A stretch of DNA of 63,234 nucleotides, counting the filler, from Reclinomonas americana ATCC 50394 (taxonomy: Eukaryota): the NCBI GenBank assembly GCA_048213135.1. It is 18 parts of 18 records of this genome, joined end to end, with 100 filler letters (N's around TTAATTAATTAA, not from the genome) between each part and the next. Parts side by side here need not be neighbours in the genome. Positions count along the whole stretch, not along the records: positions 42,808 to 47,008 come from AFZH01023193.1; positions 47,109 to 51,661 come from AFZH01023194.1; positions 51,762 to 59,279 come from AFZH01023195.1; 15 more parts are not named here. The stretch is one strand, 5' to 3'. The translations under genes and the position numbers were made by a program. Shown here in pieces: positions 42,905-55,185 of the stretch. A model generated the notes under the pieces. That model was not told the origin of the DNA, ran no database searches, and saw only the letters and a program-made list of their open reading frames with translations. Every line of letters begins with the position of its first letter. The first letter of the stretch is position 1.

Positions 42905-44784
42905 TCACTTGGCAACGTAGTGCTGAGCACAAAATTCCGCAATGCGCCTGCACGCCTCCCGCAGCCGATCGGGCGGCGGACATGTGACCAGACGAATGAA
43001 ATTCGGCGAGCGGAAGCAGCTGCCAGGCAGCACAAAAACGCTCTGTTCACACAGCAGTCGCTGCGCAAAGGACACGTCGCTCGCCACGTCGGCGTCGAAC
43101 TTGTCCACGTCCACGCCCACCTGGTCAGCGCGAGTCAGAGACTGGGAATACGAGTGCGAGGAAAAACCAAACACCCGCCAAACCATCATGTACATGGCGC
43201 CGCGTGGCCGAATGGGTCTGAGGCCGGGAATGTCGGACAGCCCCTCCATCAGCACACGTGCGTTCTCCTCCAGCGTGCGCAACAGGTCGTCGTAGAATGT
43301 CGTCGGAGTGTGATGCAAAATCTCGTCCAGTGCGCCTTGCACCAGCGACGACGAACCCAAAATCAGCGTCGACAGTCGCAACAGGCCCTCTCGTACCTAA
43401 CACACAAGCATGACAGGCAGAGATAATGAGTTGCCACAGAGGGGAGAAAGAAAGGAAATTTCCGTTCGGAAATCGATCACATGGAAAAACTAATGCATGC
43501 GTGTGTGCGTGAGTGTGCGAGGTGACTTGTGTGGTTGTGCGTGGCAGAGAGGTATGGAAAGAAACAAAAAGACTCTTGGGAAAAAAGAAAAAAGCAAAAA
43601 AAAATGTGCCCACAGTGTGGATTGAACACACGACCTTCGCATTACAAGTGCGACGCACTACCACTGTGCTATATGGGCTCACGCGTACGGAAGACTCACC
43701 TGTCGAAGCACGCCGTTGCGGTCGTGGATGAGGATCCAACCCAGTCGCCAGCCCGGCACCAGGTACTGCTTGGCGAGGCCGCCGACGGCCAACACCGGCA
43801 CGGTCTCGGTGAGCGACGCCACCGGGATGAACTCGGCGCCGTCAAACGCCATGTTGGCGTAGATCTCGTCGGAGATCAAGGGCAGTCGCAGGTCCTCGGC
43901 CACGCGCAGAATGCTCAGCAGGTGCTCCCGCGAGTACACGGAGCCGCACGGATTCGACGGGTTGTTGATGAGAATGGCGCGCGTGTTACTATCCGCCAGC
44001 GTCCGCATGTGCTCCACATCGCACTCCCAGTCACGATCCGGCTGTTGCATGACCCGCGCCATGAGTGCCCCCACACGCTAACAACAACCTCCGCATGCAC
44101 ACACACACACACACCAGCAGTCGATAGTGTCGCACTCCGATGCCCTTGCTGTCGCAAATGGTCTGGTACAGCGAGAAGCCGGGCTCCGGAATGAGGATGT
44201 TCTCGCCCTCATTCGCCAGGCACGTGATGAGCATCTCCAGTGCACCAGAGCACGCCGAGCACAGCACCACATCCTCGTGCGTCAGCGGCGAGGTTGGCGT
44301 CGCGTACTTGTCGGCCACGGCCTTGCGTTCAAAGAAAGTTGAGCATTTTTCGTGTGGGAGGTTGTCATGCACACTGTGTACCTTGCGTGCCGCGGCATAA
44401 CCACACGAGTGCGGATAGCCATTGTACTTGCCCGACTGCACCGAGCGCACAATGGCCTCTGTCACTGTGTCGTCGGTGCGCATGTTGCCAAAGACAGTCG
44501 GGTCGCCTGTGTGTGTGTGCATCATGAGCAAAATTTGCCTCCCACACACACTCCTCTCTCCACACTCTCATACACGCGCACGCACCAATGGAGAGTGAGA
44601 TCATGGGCTTGTCGGGGTGTGGGGTGATGGCCATCTGGTCGACGATGCGCCGAATTGGGTTTGACGTGCGCATGGAGGCGAGCGACGCTGGCACATGCCA
44701 CTCCTCACCGCGACGATGAGCCGCGGGTGCCGAGCTCGAGCCGCTGTCGGCCACGGCCGAGTCGTCATGTGCGTTCGCCGACAT
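42905..44784 (-). CDS. TAT: Tyrosine aminotransferase (class I PLP), multi-exon
   Basis: NPIRRIVD..KPMISLSIGDPTVFGN, YNGY..S.G..AAR, INNPSNPCGSVYS, ISDEIY, GGLAKQYLVPGWRLGW (PLP Lys), PRGAMYMMV, EQSVFVLPGSCF, RIAEFCAQHY. Confidence 0.93.
43607..43678 (-). tRNA. tRNA-Thr(UGU), within TAT intron 43397-43699
   Basis: GCCCATA/TGTGGGC acceptor stem, D arm GCAC-AGTGGTA-GTGC, anticodon arm TCGCA-CTTGTAA-TGCGA, T loop TTCAATC, followed by a T9 Pol III terminator. Confidence 0.95.
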
Positions 44785-44982
44785 TCAACAAATATTCAAA
44801 GATTCGCGCTCCCGCCAAAACTGACCACAACGACCTCGCCTGGTGGCAGAGGAAGCGAGTGAACGGAAGAGTCTCCAAAGGGGAACGACCAGGTGGATCA
44901 CCGACTGCCGCGGGTTTCTTATCCACCAAGACACGGCATGGCACCACCTTCCACTTCGCCTGCTGGATCGCTTCAGCTGTTG

Positions 44983-45135
44983 GCGTTTGCTTGGCTTTGT
45001 CTCCTGAAAGGGAAGATGTCTGTTGGAGATGATTTATCTATGTGTTGATTATTGTTGGTGTGCCAATGGTCATCGTCGGCAAGGGATTTGTGGACATTTG
45101 TCGCATTATTGGAATGTGGTGAATGAAGTGTTTTT
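44983..45135. repeat. Dispersed about 140-nt element, copy 2
   Basis: Reverse-complement match to 14794-14931 with small indels. Confidence 0.85.
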
Positions 45136-45438
45136 CTTTCTGCTGCTGCGCCTCGCCGCTGCCCGGAATTCACAGCGTGCGCTTCTACGACGACAACAGC
45201 TGCTGCACCACGCAGACTTCCCCGACCGTGCGATCGCTATGGCGTCTGTGCAAGCAGTGCACGTGGCTGCAGACCACGTCATGCTGAGTCTCATCAACGG
45301 CAACGACCAACACCAAGTGGTGGCACGTCCACCTGCACAAGTACAGCTGGGACGACGTGATGACTGTGGAGTGCGGCGCCCACAACCTCACGAAAAACAA
45401 ACACACTGCTGCGCTGTACACTCTGCGCGCACGTGCAT

Positions 45439-46310
45439 TCACCCTACCATCGATCGCTTGCGCCCGCGACTCCTCACATCCTCCAGCTTGCGTTCGACGG
45501 CGCGCCGCGCCGCTGCCGACCTCGTCTGCTGCTCCAGCGACACAAAGTACGACTCGAGCAGTGGCGCCAGCAGCTGATCGGCGTTGGGGTGTGTACTGGC
45601 AAAGGCGCGCTCCAGCACGTACAGATCGACGGCCTTGTCTTCGTCGGTGCCGGCCTGCACCGAACTCAAGCCGAAATCCAACAGCACCAGCGCATCCTCC
45701 ACCCGCTCACAGTCGTCGCGCACCATCACGTTGGAGGTGGTCAGATCGCCGTGAATGAAACCGGCGGCATGCAGCGTGGCCAGCACGGTGCCGAGTTGCC
45801 GACATAGGGCCTCACAGCGTTCCCTCGCACCTACTGCCACCTCATCCTCCTCCTCGCCACTCGCGTCCAGCAGCGTGCGCTTGAGTGTGCGGCCGGGAAT
45901 GCGTTCCATGACAAAGCGCAGAGTCTCGGCGTCGGAGAAGAGCAGAGCCGGCGACTGCACTCCCAGCGAGCGGCATCGCACAAGGCCGCGACACTCCTGC
46001 GTCCCATGCATGCATGTGTGAGTGTGTGTGAGATAGAGAGAGTGTGATGATGTGTGTGCGTACAGCTGCGAATCGTCGACTGTTGAGCTTGGCATCGAGA
46101 TCAGGGTGGCGGTAGGCCTTGGCAAAGCGCTCCTTGACCATGCAGGGCACACCGAAAAAGGTGCCCGAGTACAGACGCTGCGAAACAGAGACATATACAC
46201 ATGTATAGATGAATAACACACACACTTCTCCTCTCCGTCTGTCATGGCAACGCAACAGCCTCTGCGCCTTGCGCCACGAGTTCTAGTTGTGCCAGCTCGG
46301 CGGCACTCAT
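45439..46310 (-). CDS. BUD32: KEOPS kinase Bud32/TP53RK, three exons
   Basis: LVAQGAEA, VKERFAKAYRHPDLDAKL, IHGDLTTSN, LLDFGLS, EDKAVDLYVLERAFASTHP, VRSRGRKRSMVG-TGA. Confidence 0.95.
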
Positions 46311-46340
46311 CGTGTGACCTTGTATGGTGTGTTCATTCAT

Positions 46341-47799
46341 TCATTCGTCGGGCTTCCAATCCTCTCGCCAGTCGCCCTTCAGGTAGGAAACACTCCTCCG
46401 GCCACTGTCGACGACACACCCATCGCGTCGTCTTCCCTCCCGCGTTTCCCAGCTGATAAACTCGGCGTGCCGAGTCACCATGGCCTCCAGTACCAGCAGT
46501 GGGAGCGAATCGTGTAGGGGTGGGAAGCAGTCGGCAGCCGTCAAGGAACCGGAGCCTTCCAGCGAACTGTGCGTGCCTGGACTCGGCGAAAAGATGTAGC
46601 TCGTGGTGTGGCCGAGTTGGGACGTTGCAGATGGCACAGGCGAGGGTGTGGTGATCACTGGCGACAGGAGGCCGGCGAGGCTCTCACGAGCGCTGAGTGC
46701 CACACGGTCCGACCGGCGGCGGCGATTGCGTGGCGTCGTCGGAGCCGCCAGCTGCGCCCACATGCTCTCGTGCAGCTGCCGTACAATGTACGACACCACA
46801 CGACCGGTGACGGCCTCCCGGTCGGCGCACCACTCTGCAAAAGCAAAAAGACGATCCTCAGTTGTCTTTGATCTACGGTCTTCCCACCCCTGACCCCCGA
46901 CCCCCGACACACACATGGACTCACGTGTATCGTGGGCCTCGTACAGGCGAACCACGCCATTCTTCTGCGCCGCCGCAAAGACGAGTCCGTCGGGCGCGGC
47001 AACAACAGNNNNNNNNNNNNNNNNNNNNNNNNNNNNNNNNNNNNNNNNNNNNTTAATTAATTAANNNNNNNNNNNNNNNNNNNNNNNNNNNNNNNNNNNN
47101 NNNNNNNNGTCTTCCGATAGTGAGAGGATGTGAGCGATGCCCAGTGCTTGACTGGTCGGCAGCACGTGCAGGTGACGCACGACCGACACCAGACTGTCGT
47201 CGCTATCCGACAGGTCGTCGGCGTTGCGCAGCTCGTACACCTGAATGTCGGCCCATGGTGGAGCCGTCACGAGACGCACAGACGATACCGCCACTGGCCA
47301 CACACTGCTGGCCTCGGCCAGTGACGAGCTGCCGAGGTACTTGATGGGTGCTGTGCGAAACAATCAGACCACACACAGTGGGGTCCGAGGCGCGCGCTCT
47401 CTCACCTCCTCCCTGGTTGAAACGCTGCACGCAGTCGCCCGTGCGCACATCGCTCAGCACCACCGAGCCGCACTTGCCGGTGGTGACCACGGTGGCACTG
47501 CGCGGACAAGGGGCGAGTGCACTCACCGGTCGTCTGTACTGCGGCGCAAACGAGAGCAGGCCGGTGGTGACACCAGGCAGTTGAGCATTCGCACTGGCCA
47601 GCATCACGTGCTCCTCTGGGGAGCACACCAGAGCGGCGGGCAGCTCGACTGCGTGCACCTGCCCCGTGCTCGTCCCCACCGCCAGCATGCGCGGTATTCC
47701 GCACGAGTTCAGCGGTGTCTCCACCAGCTGCAGGCATGTCACGTCTTGTGGTGCATCCACGGACAGCGTGATGGTCGCCAGTCGTCGTGCCGCGGCCAT
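46341..47799 (-). CDS. Divergent WD40-like protein, probably one gene spanning spacer 47009-47108
   Basis: LAVGTSTGQVHAV, PVSALAPCPRSATVVTTGKCGSVVLSDVRTG, and after the gap APDGLVFAAAQKNGVVRLYE. The join across the gap is inferred. Confidence 0.5.
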
Positions 47800-47899
47800 C
47801 TGCTCTCTCTTTCTCTCTTTTGGCGTGTTGACGAAAAATCCTGTCAATGCATTTCGAATCCGGCGAGGACAACAACCAACATCGCGGAAACTTCCTTCA

Positions 47900-50698
47900 C
47901 TATGCCGCGACAACGGGCGACAAAACTAATGGGTACGCGGCGCGCTTATCGGATTCGTCGATCTCGGGAGCATGCCTTGTTGTTGTGTGATCCATCTGCT
48001 GCTCCTGATTGTGGGTGGCGGACGAAGTTGACCACACGCCAATGCGCTCGCCAACCGTGCGCGAGAGGCGAATGCTGAACGATTCGCGCAGACGGACCAG
48101 GTGCGAGCCGGCCGTCACGCCCATCACCACGGCGTCGCCGGTGCCGTCCCACAGCTGATTGAGGGAGAGCCAGTCGGTGACTGAGGTGGTCAGCGGTCGG
48201 CGTGTCGGGCACCGTGCCTCGGCCACCGCGGACATGTTGTGCACCTCGAGCGCCGCCCACCGATCGGCGCGGCGTTCCGGATCCACAAACGTGTATTCGC
48301 ACAGCAATGCCAGCACCGTGCGCAGCATGGCAAACGAGTGGCATGGCGGCTGATCAAAAACGACGGTCAGCGTCTGTGGCGCGCGCGAAATGCCGCGCCA
48401 CTGCTCGTCGCTGCAGCGCTGCACCAATGCCAACAAGTCCACCAGTGCGCCACTCTGTGAACACACACACACACACACTCGTAAGTTACCGGCGCATGCG
48501 ACAAGCACCAACAGGCACAAGGACCGACCTTGGCCGCCTCCAGATACAGCTGTCGTGCGCGCTGTGGATTGTTGAGGAAGCAATTGATGAGGGCGTGGTA
48601 GATGCGGCTGTCGGCCGTGATATCCTCGCGCTTCAACATCTCCTCGTAGATTCGCAGTGCCTGCAGATCACGAATGAGGGACAGTTTTGCGAAACGACCG
48701 AGAACGAGCAAGCACGCAACTCCCGATGTGTCGCCATTCCACACCAGCATGTTCATGCCGGCCCAGATAATGGTTCGAATGTGATCCGTCAGGTGCGCGT
48801 CGGCTGGCAGCAGACGGTGCTGATTCGGTGGCGTGGAACCCGTGAGCCACGACAGAACGCGCGTGGAGCGCGACTGTGCGGGCGAGCGCGTGAATCGCAT
48901 GCTGGCGCGTTTGAAAATGTGCATGCTGCGACTGGTCTCGCCGACGCGTGCACACGCATCCATCAGGCTTGCATAGGCCAACGCACTCGGTCGCTTCAAC
49001 TGCAGGAAGGCCGCGAATGCGCCATTCAAGTGCAGTACAGCCCCACAGCCGAGAATTCGCGCCTGCACAAAACCATCCATTGTGTTAGTGCCACATGAGT
49101 GGGGGCGTGCATGTGCGCTGTGTACACGCACCACCACCAGCGATTCAGGAACATTGTGCACGCCGAGGCGTTGCTGGATGAGTTCCCACACCATGTCGAG
49201 GTGCGTGCGGTCTTGCAACTTGCGGCACGCATTGAGGGCGGCACGATACGGCGAGTCGTCAGCCGGTCGGCCCAGTGCATCGTGCATCTGCACCCCGTCC
49301 CGTGTCAGGCAATGCGCTCTCTTCACGTGCGTTGTACTTGTCACTCACCAGTCGCATGTATCCGATGATCTCACGGGGCTCCTTGGCGGCGTGACACGCC
49401 TTGATCATCGAGCCAAAGGAGACGGTGTTGGGTTCGACCGCGTGTACCGGCATCATCGTGTGGAACACGTACTTTGCGGCTGTTAGGTCGCCAGCCTCGG
49501 CACACACGTCGAGCAGCACGTTGAACGAGACCAGCTCGGGTGTAACACCAAAGTCCTTCATACCTACAAACGTGGCGAACGTGAGATACATTGCGTCGAC
49601 GCCCACCAACAACAAGCACACACACCCTCCATGAGCTCCATGGCCTCCTTGACGCATCCGCCCTCTCGCAGTCCATTCAGCGCTTTGATGTGCAGATGCA
49701 CGTCGAGCTGCACGCCGTCGGCTCGCGCCTCACGCAGCAACTGCGGCACGACGTCCGGTCGTCTGCACTCTCAACAGTCAGTCACACCGGTCTCTCTCCT
49801 TCACACTCCGCCACACCCCGCAACTTGAGCTTCCGACACATCCAGAACAGCGACTTGTACGTGTATTCGCTTGGCGTGACCCGCTCCTGCCGCATCTTGC
49901 GCAACAGGGCCAGGGCGGTGGCCGGGTCTCGATCGCGATTCCACAGCGCGTCGAGCGCCATGTTGTACGAGGCCACATTTGGTGTGCAGCCGGCATCGCG
50001 CAACTCCCGAAACACCGCCAACACTCCGCTCCAGTTCCCCGACCGCAAATGGGCCGAGGCGGCTGCGTTGAACATGTACGTGGCGCGCCGCAGGTCCGGC
50101 AGCCGGCTGTCCACCTCACCACCATTCTGCGTCCTGCTCTCCGCCGTGCGCTCCATCACCAATCGATACACACTCAACACGTCGCCGTGCCGCCCCGCCG
50201 AGTTCAACCGGTTCATTAGCACGCCACACATCTCCGCAGACACTACCGTCAGCGACGAAGACGACGAGGCACCTGCAAGCGGAGAAGCGGCGATGAGTGC
50301 CCAAACAGTGACATTTTTCTCTTGCTTCTGCTCAACACTGCGAAACTCTGCCGACCACTCAGCGCGGCCTTTAGCATCCCCAACGCGCGATCCACAGGCA
50401 TGGACTCCACGTCCACCTGCGACGTCTCTTGCTGCTGTTGTGTGTGCGGCGGTTGCGAGCGGTGACGCAGTGATGGGAAGCGAGGCAACACTGATGATGA
50501 TGATGATGCAGGTGACGATGAAGGCGGCGATGATGAGCGGCGAAAGATGGAGGCGCTACTTGACTGCTGCGGTGGTTGTGATGACAACTGTGACGAGGAT
50601 GGCATGGAGGAGGAGGAGCGAGCGAGTTGTGCTGATGCACTGCTCAGCCACTGTGGTCGCACGAGCAGTAGCCTTCTCCATGCAACACACGGCAGCAT
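47900..50698 (-). CDS. P-type pentatricopeptide repeat protein with an R/S/L-rich organellar presequence, multi-exon; 3' end approximate
   Basis: Repeats GCTPNVASYNMALDAL, VTPSEYTYKSLF, VTPELVSFNVLLDVCAEAGD, VEPNTVSFGSMIKAC, PSALAYASLMDACARVGE, ADSRIYHALINCF; N-terminus MLPCVAWRRLLLVRPQWLSS. Confidence 0.88.
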
Positions 50699-50863
50699 GG
50701 TTCCCGAGAATGAGGAGGGGGGTGGAATCTGCTCCGCTCGTTTGGTAGTATGCAAGATGCGTGGGGACGGTGGGACTCGAAGATGCGGACACCAATTTCG
50801 ACCCCGCGGATTTTCGCAACAGTAGACATCATTGTACATATCACTCGCAAAAACCCCACCCAA

Positions 50864-53800
50864 TCACTCCGAGATCGTGCCTGGCGGGCCGAGCTTCGGC
50901 AAGTGCGTCATGACCGACTCGGCAATGCCCGTGCACTTGTCGACAATGCACTCGCGGAAATCGTGCGCGTGCGCCCCCACCACGTACTGCGTGACAAAAC
51001 TGTGCGATACAACACGACAAGGTGAGAGACCGAAACTGCGTTCGCCCCGAGAGTGAACGTGAAGACGACGACGACGCACCTGCACGGACGCACACGCAGC
51101 GAGCCGTCGTTGCACGACCGAGAGAACTGCTCGCCGTCGGGCGACAGGCCGCGGGCGTTGACGAGAACTTCCTTGGCCTGTTGCCGACGCCCACTCTGCG
51201 CCTTCACGCGCCACCGCAGACAGGTGTTGTCGAGCGACCAGCTGACCACTGACTTGCCGTCGTCCACGGCCGTCAGCGCCAGCACCACATCGTCGTGATC
51301 GTGGAATACCGGGCGCACCAAGTCGCCAGTCACCGAACTCCACACGCGAGCGGTTCGATCGTCGGAGCCACTGGCCACTGTCACGCCGTCGGGGAAGAGC
51401 GCAACACAACGCACAGGGGCGGTGTGGCCGGAGAACTGCGAGATTTGGGCACGTGTCTCGAGGCACCACACACGCACAGTAGTGTCGGCCGATCCACTGA
51501 CCACAAACCCACTGTAGCCGGTGAAAGCTACACAGGTGACGGCGTCGGTGTGGCCGACAAAGTGCGCAATCTGCTCACCCGTCGGCACCACCCACACCCG
51601 CACGGTGCGATCGGTCGACCCACTGGCCAACATCGGTGTGCACATATCACTCTTCTCGGTANNNNNNNNNNNNNNNNNNNNNNNNNNNNNNNNNNNNNNN
51701 NNNNNTTAATTAATTAANNNNNNNNNNNNNNNNNNNNNNNNNNNNNNNNNNNNNNNNNNNNGTGACCGCTGTAACAGCACTCCTCGCGGCCCGAATCGCG
51801 CCACCACAGCCTCACCGTACGGTCGTTACTGCCACTGACAATCAGCTTTCCATCGGGTGACAAGTCGACGCCGGCTACGGTGCCTTCATGGCCCGTCAAT
51901 GGAAACAGTGGCAAACGTGCATCCAGGAGATCGGCACCGGTGAAGTCAGCATTGGCGCACATGGCAGCACGAAGATTCGTCCTCGACAAGTCCGCTCGGT
52001 GCAACAAAGTTCTGTGCATGACTGCGTAGCGCAGGTCGGCACCGCTCACAGCAATGTCGCTCAGGTCCAAGGCCGAAAAGCTGCGTCCAGCAGCCGACAG
52101 TACTGCGAACAAAAATACGTCCGAGTGAGAAACAGTGGGCGCACACTCGTGAAAGAATGACATGGCGGTGCCACACCGGTCATTGCATTGGCACTGGCCG
52201 TGCCAAGGAGCGCTCGGCGTGTGGGATCGCGGGTGGCCAACACCACACTCTGCAAGTCACGCGCAAACTGCGATTCATGACCCGTCCTGGTGTCCCACAC
52301 CCAGTTGGAGAGGAACATGAGCACGGCGATCTGCGAACGAGTTAAATCGCCTGTCAGAGCAATCGACAGAGCAAGACTGAGAGCACACCTCTTCGTCAAT
52401 CAGCCGTGTTCCAAACATGGTGGTGCTGAGCTGGCGGTCAAAGATCTCAGCCTCGGACTGCAAAGAGAGAACCGTGCGCAGTGTCAGCGATAGAGCGGCG
52501 GCTGTGAAGGGTGGCGCGTGCGCACCGTTGAGACAGTCTGTTCCCTCGATGCAAATGACACGTTGCTGAAATAGAGATGCCCGCCGACGTTATGGCTCCA
52601 GTCGGCCACCTCTCGCTGGCAGCGCAAGGCCGCAAAGTATTCCAAGAACGACTTGTGGAAGAAGCGGTAGCCACCCTCACGCAGGGACCGCAGCAGCGCC
52701 TGCACCGCGGGTGAACACCATGAAAAAATGAAACTCTCGCAACGTGGGCGAAATACACGCACCGACTGCCGCAGCACGGTTTCACGCTCATCACGCGGTC
52801 GACCAAAGTAGGTAATCCACACGGCGTGTGCGCCGAGCATCGCACGACACTGCGTTTTGGTCGCTGGGTCGGTGCTCGACGCCAGAATGTTGGCCAGCTC
52901 GGTGAGACGGTGTTGTGGCTGTTGGGTGTTGAGGTGTCAGCTCCCCTGCAGCAGAGCAAGAGATCAACGACACACTCACCAATCGCTGAATATCCTGTGC
53001 AGGGATCAAGAGCAAATCGTGCGCCATGGACGCACAAAATTCCTCCATCTCCAACAAGACATCCTCGTCGGAGGCAAAAGCCTGCGTATGGTGGACGGTG
53101 GTGAGCTATTTGTGTACACGACGCGTCACCGGCATCAAACAAACGCACACTGGCGATTTTCTCGGCGTGATGCTTCTGCTCCCACTCAAACCACCACTCT
53201 GTGAACGCCTGGTACACATCCGCACGAGAGACGGTGCCGCAGATGACTCCCGACTGGCGCTTGTGGAGTTTCGGAAGCACGCGCACAATCATACTGAGCG
53301 TAATGGGCTGCGACATTGCCAGTCAGCCGTTACAGACTCTCTCTCTTTCTCTCTCTCTCTCTTGATACACACATGCGTACTCACCGTGCGAGAGAGTTCG
53401 TCCAGACCCGGAATCGACTTGATGACGTCCTTGTAGTTGATTCTTGCGGCAGAAGTGTCTGCGGCTTGCTGCATTCGCGAAAATCTGCCACATTGCACGT
53501 CGTGAGCGGTGTGCACGAGACAGAGCAATCGACATCACGGCAAACGAAACTGATCGAGGAATGTGTCGACTTGGTCCGCCGTGAACTCGCGCAGTACGCA
53601 CTGATCATAGGTGGTGTCGGAGGCGGTAGACTGCTCGTCATTGGCGAACATGTCGGCACGGGACAGCTCGCCGACTGACACGCTGAAGAGTTCTTCGCAG
53701 CGACTGCCGAGTTCGTGAATGTACTCGAGGCGGCACGATATCACCAGCGCCAGGTTCGGCCATTGCTCCAGCTGGTGTCGCCTGAACAGGTTGAGTGGCG

Positions 53801-55020
53801 TCTTCAGTTCGTCAAATCCGTCCATGATGAGCACGAAGCGCCAGCCCCGTTCGTCGACCAGCTTGGCCTGGTATGCGCATGCACATGTGAGGTCCACGAC
53901 AAAAGAGACACACACAGAAAGAGACTATCAACGTGCCTCGTCAATGGAAATGCCACCGGCGCGACGCAGCAAGTACGGCATCAGCGCTCCTTCCTTCTCC
54001 AACACGTTCGACGGGATGGCGGGCAGTCGTGAGAATAGCGGCACCATAAAGTCGTGTTTCAGCCAAATCTGCTCCTCCATGTTGCGCACAAATGTGCTCT
54101 TGCCGGAACCCGAGCGACCAATGACCAGCAGCACCTACCTCACGCGCAGAGAAAGTGAGCGCACTGCAACGTGTTCCACTGTGACATGAACACGGTTAAC
54201 CTGACGGCGCGGAAAAGCGGTGAGGAACTGAAGAAGGCGATCTTCGGCCGCCACTGCCGCGCCGAGACCCTCTTGCGACTCGTACTCCTTGATGCTGTTG
54301 TTTGATCGCAACGGGATCTGTATATGCCGGCCACTTGGTGAGAGGTGCACAGAAGAAAAGAGAGGGAGAGAACCACTACCACTCAACCGTGTTTTGCGAA
54401 ATCAGTCGCGTCAACTCATCGTCCGAGTCGCGCTCCTGCTGGATCTTCTCCAGCGCACACTTCTTGACAAACGCCAGCTTATTCTGCAACGCTACCGGCA
54501 GTCGCTGCACGCGGAAGCCGGCACCCACCGGGTCATTGGCGATAGCCAAGAACGTGCCACCGCCTCCCGCCGTCTGCGGCCGCACACCAGGCGTCGCTAC
54601 CGAAAAGTCCATAATGGCCACACCCGGAGAAGGCGTGACAGCAAAGCTCTCTTCATCGCCGACGCCCTCCACTTGCGGCGTACGGTTGCCTGCACCGCCG
54701 TCCAAGCTCATGAGATCATCCACAAAGGCCGTGCGCGGTCGTCGCAGCAGCTGCACATTGTCGTTGTTGGCGTGCATCTCGTGGCCAGTGGGTGTTGCGG
54801 TTGTCACGAGAATGGCGGCGGTCGCTGCCGCCAAGTGACGGTGCGCGCCGCTCTTTGCGGTACCAGTGTTGGTGGTGGTGGTGGTGGTGGAGGAGGAGAA
54901 GGTGGCAGCAGCAGCAGCTGCTGCTGATGCGGGGGGTGTGGTCACGGGATGCACAGAGGCGCTGCGAGAGGAGCCCGAGCCGCCTCCGCGCACACGCACT
55001 CGCATGCGCACACCAGACAT
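50864..55020 (-). CDS. STAND NTPase: NACHT + pentapeptide repeats + WD40 repeats, multi-exon, spans spacer 51662-51761; start approximate
   Basis: Walker A GRSGSGKST, Walker B FVLIMDGFDE, VISCRLEY, PITLSM, YRFFHKSFLEYFAA, SANAMT, pentapeptides GADLRYA..RADLSRTNLRAA..ADFTGADL, and several GH..V..V..SPDG..SGS.D.TVR.W repeats. Confidence 0.9.
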
Positions 55021-55185
55021 GATGGGGAGACACAAAAAGGACACAAAGAGAGAAAAGATGTGTGTGTGTGCGTCGGTGATGCAGGTAAAATGTTTTGCGC
55101 CGCGCGGGTAAAATTTGATGACATGTGCGTTATTTATCGCTGCGCTAGCCGTTGAGCAAAACAATGACCTTTATTTAATCCCTCT

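Noticed and set aside
44800..45430. Possible reverse-transcriptase remnants (RWITDCRG, FYDD, WDD) flanking the dispersed element
   Set aside because: The motifs are short and interrupted by stops; not enough to support a call.
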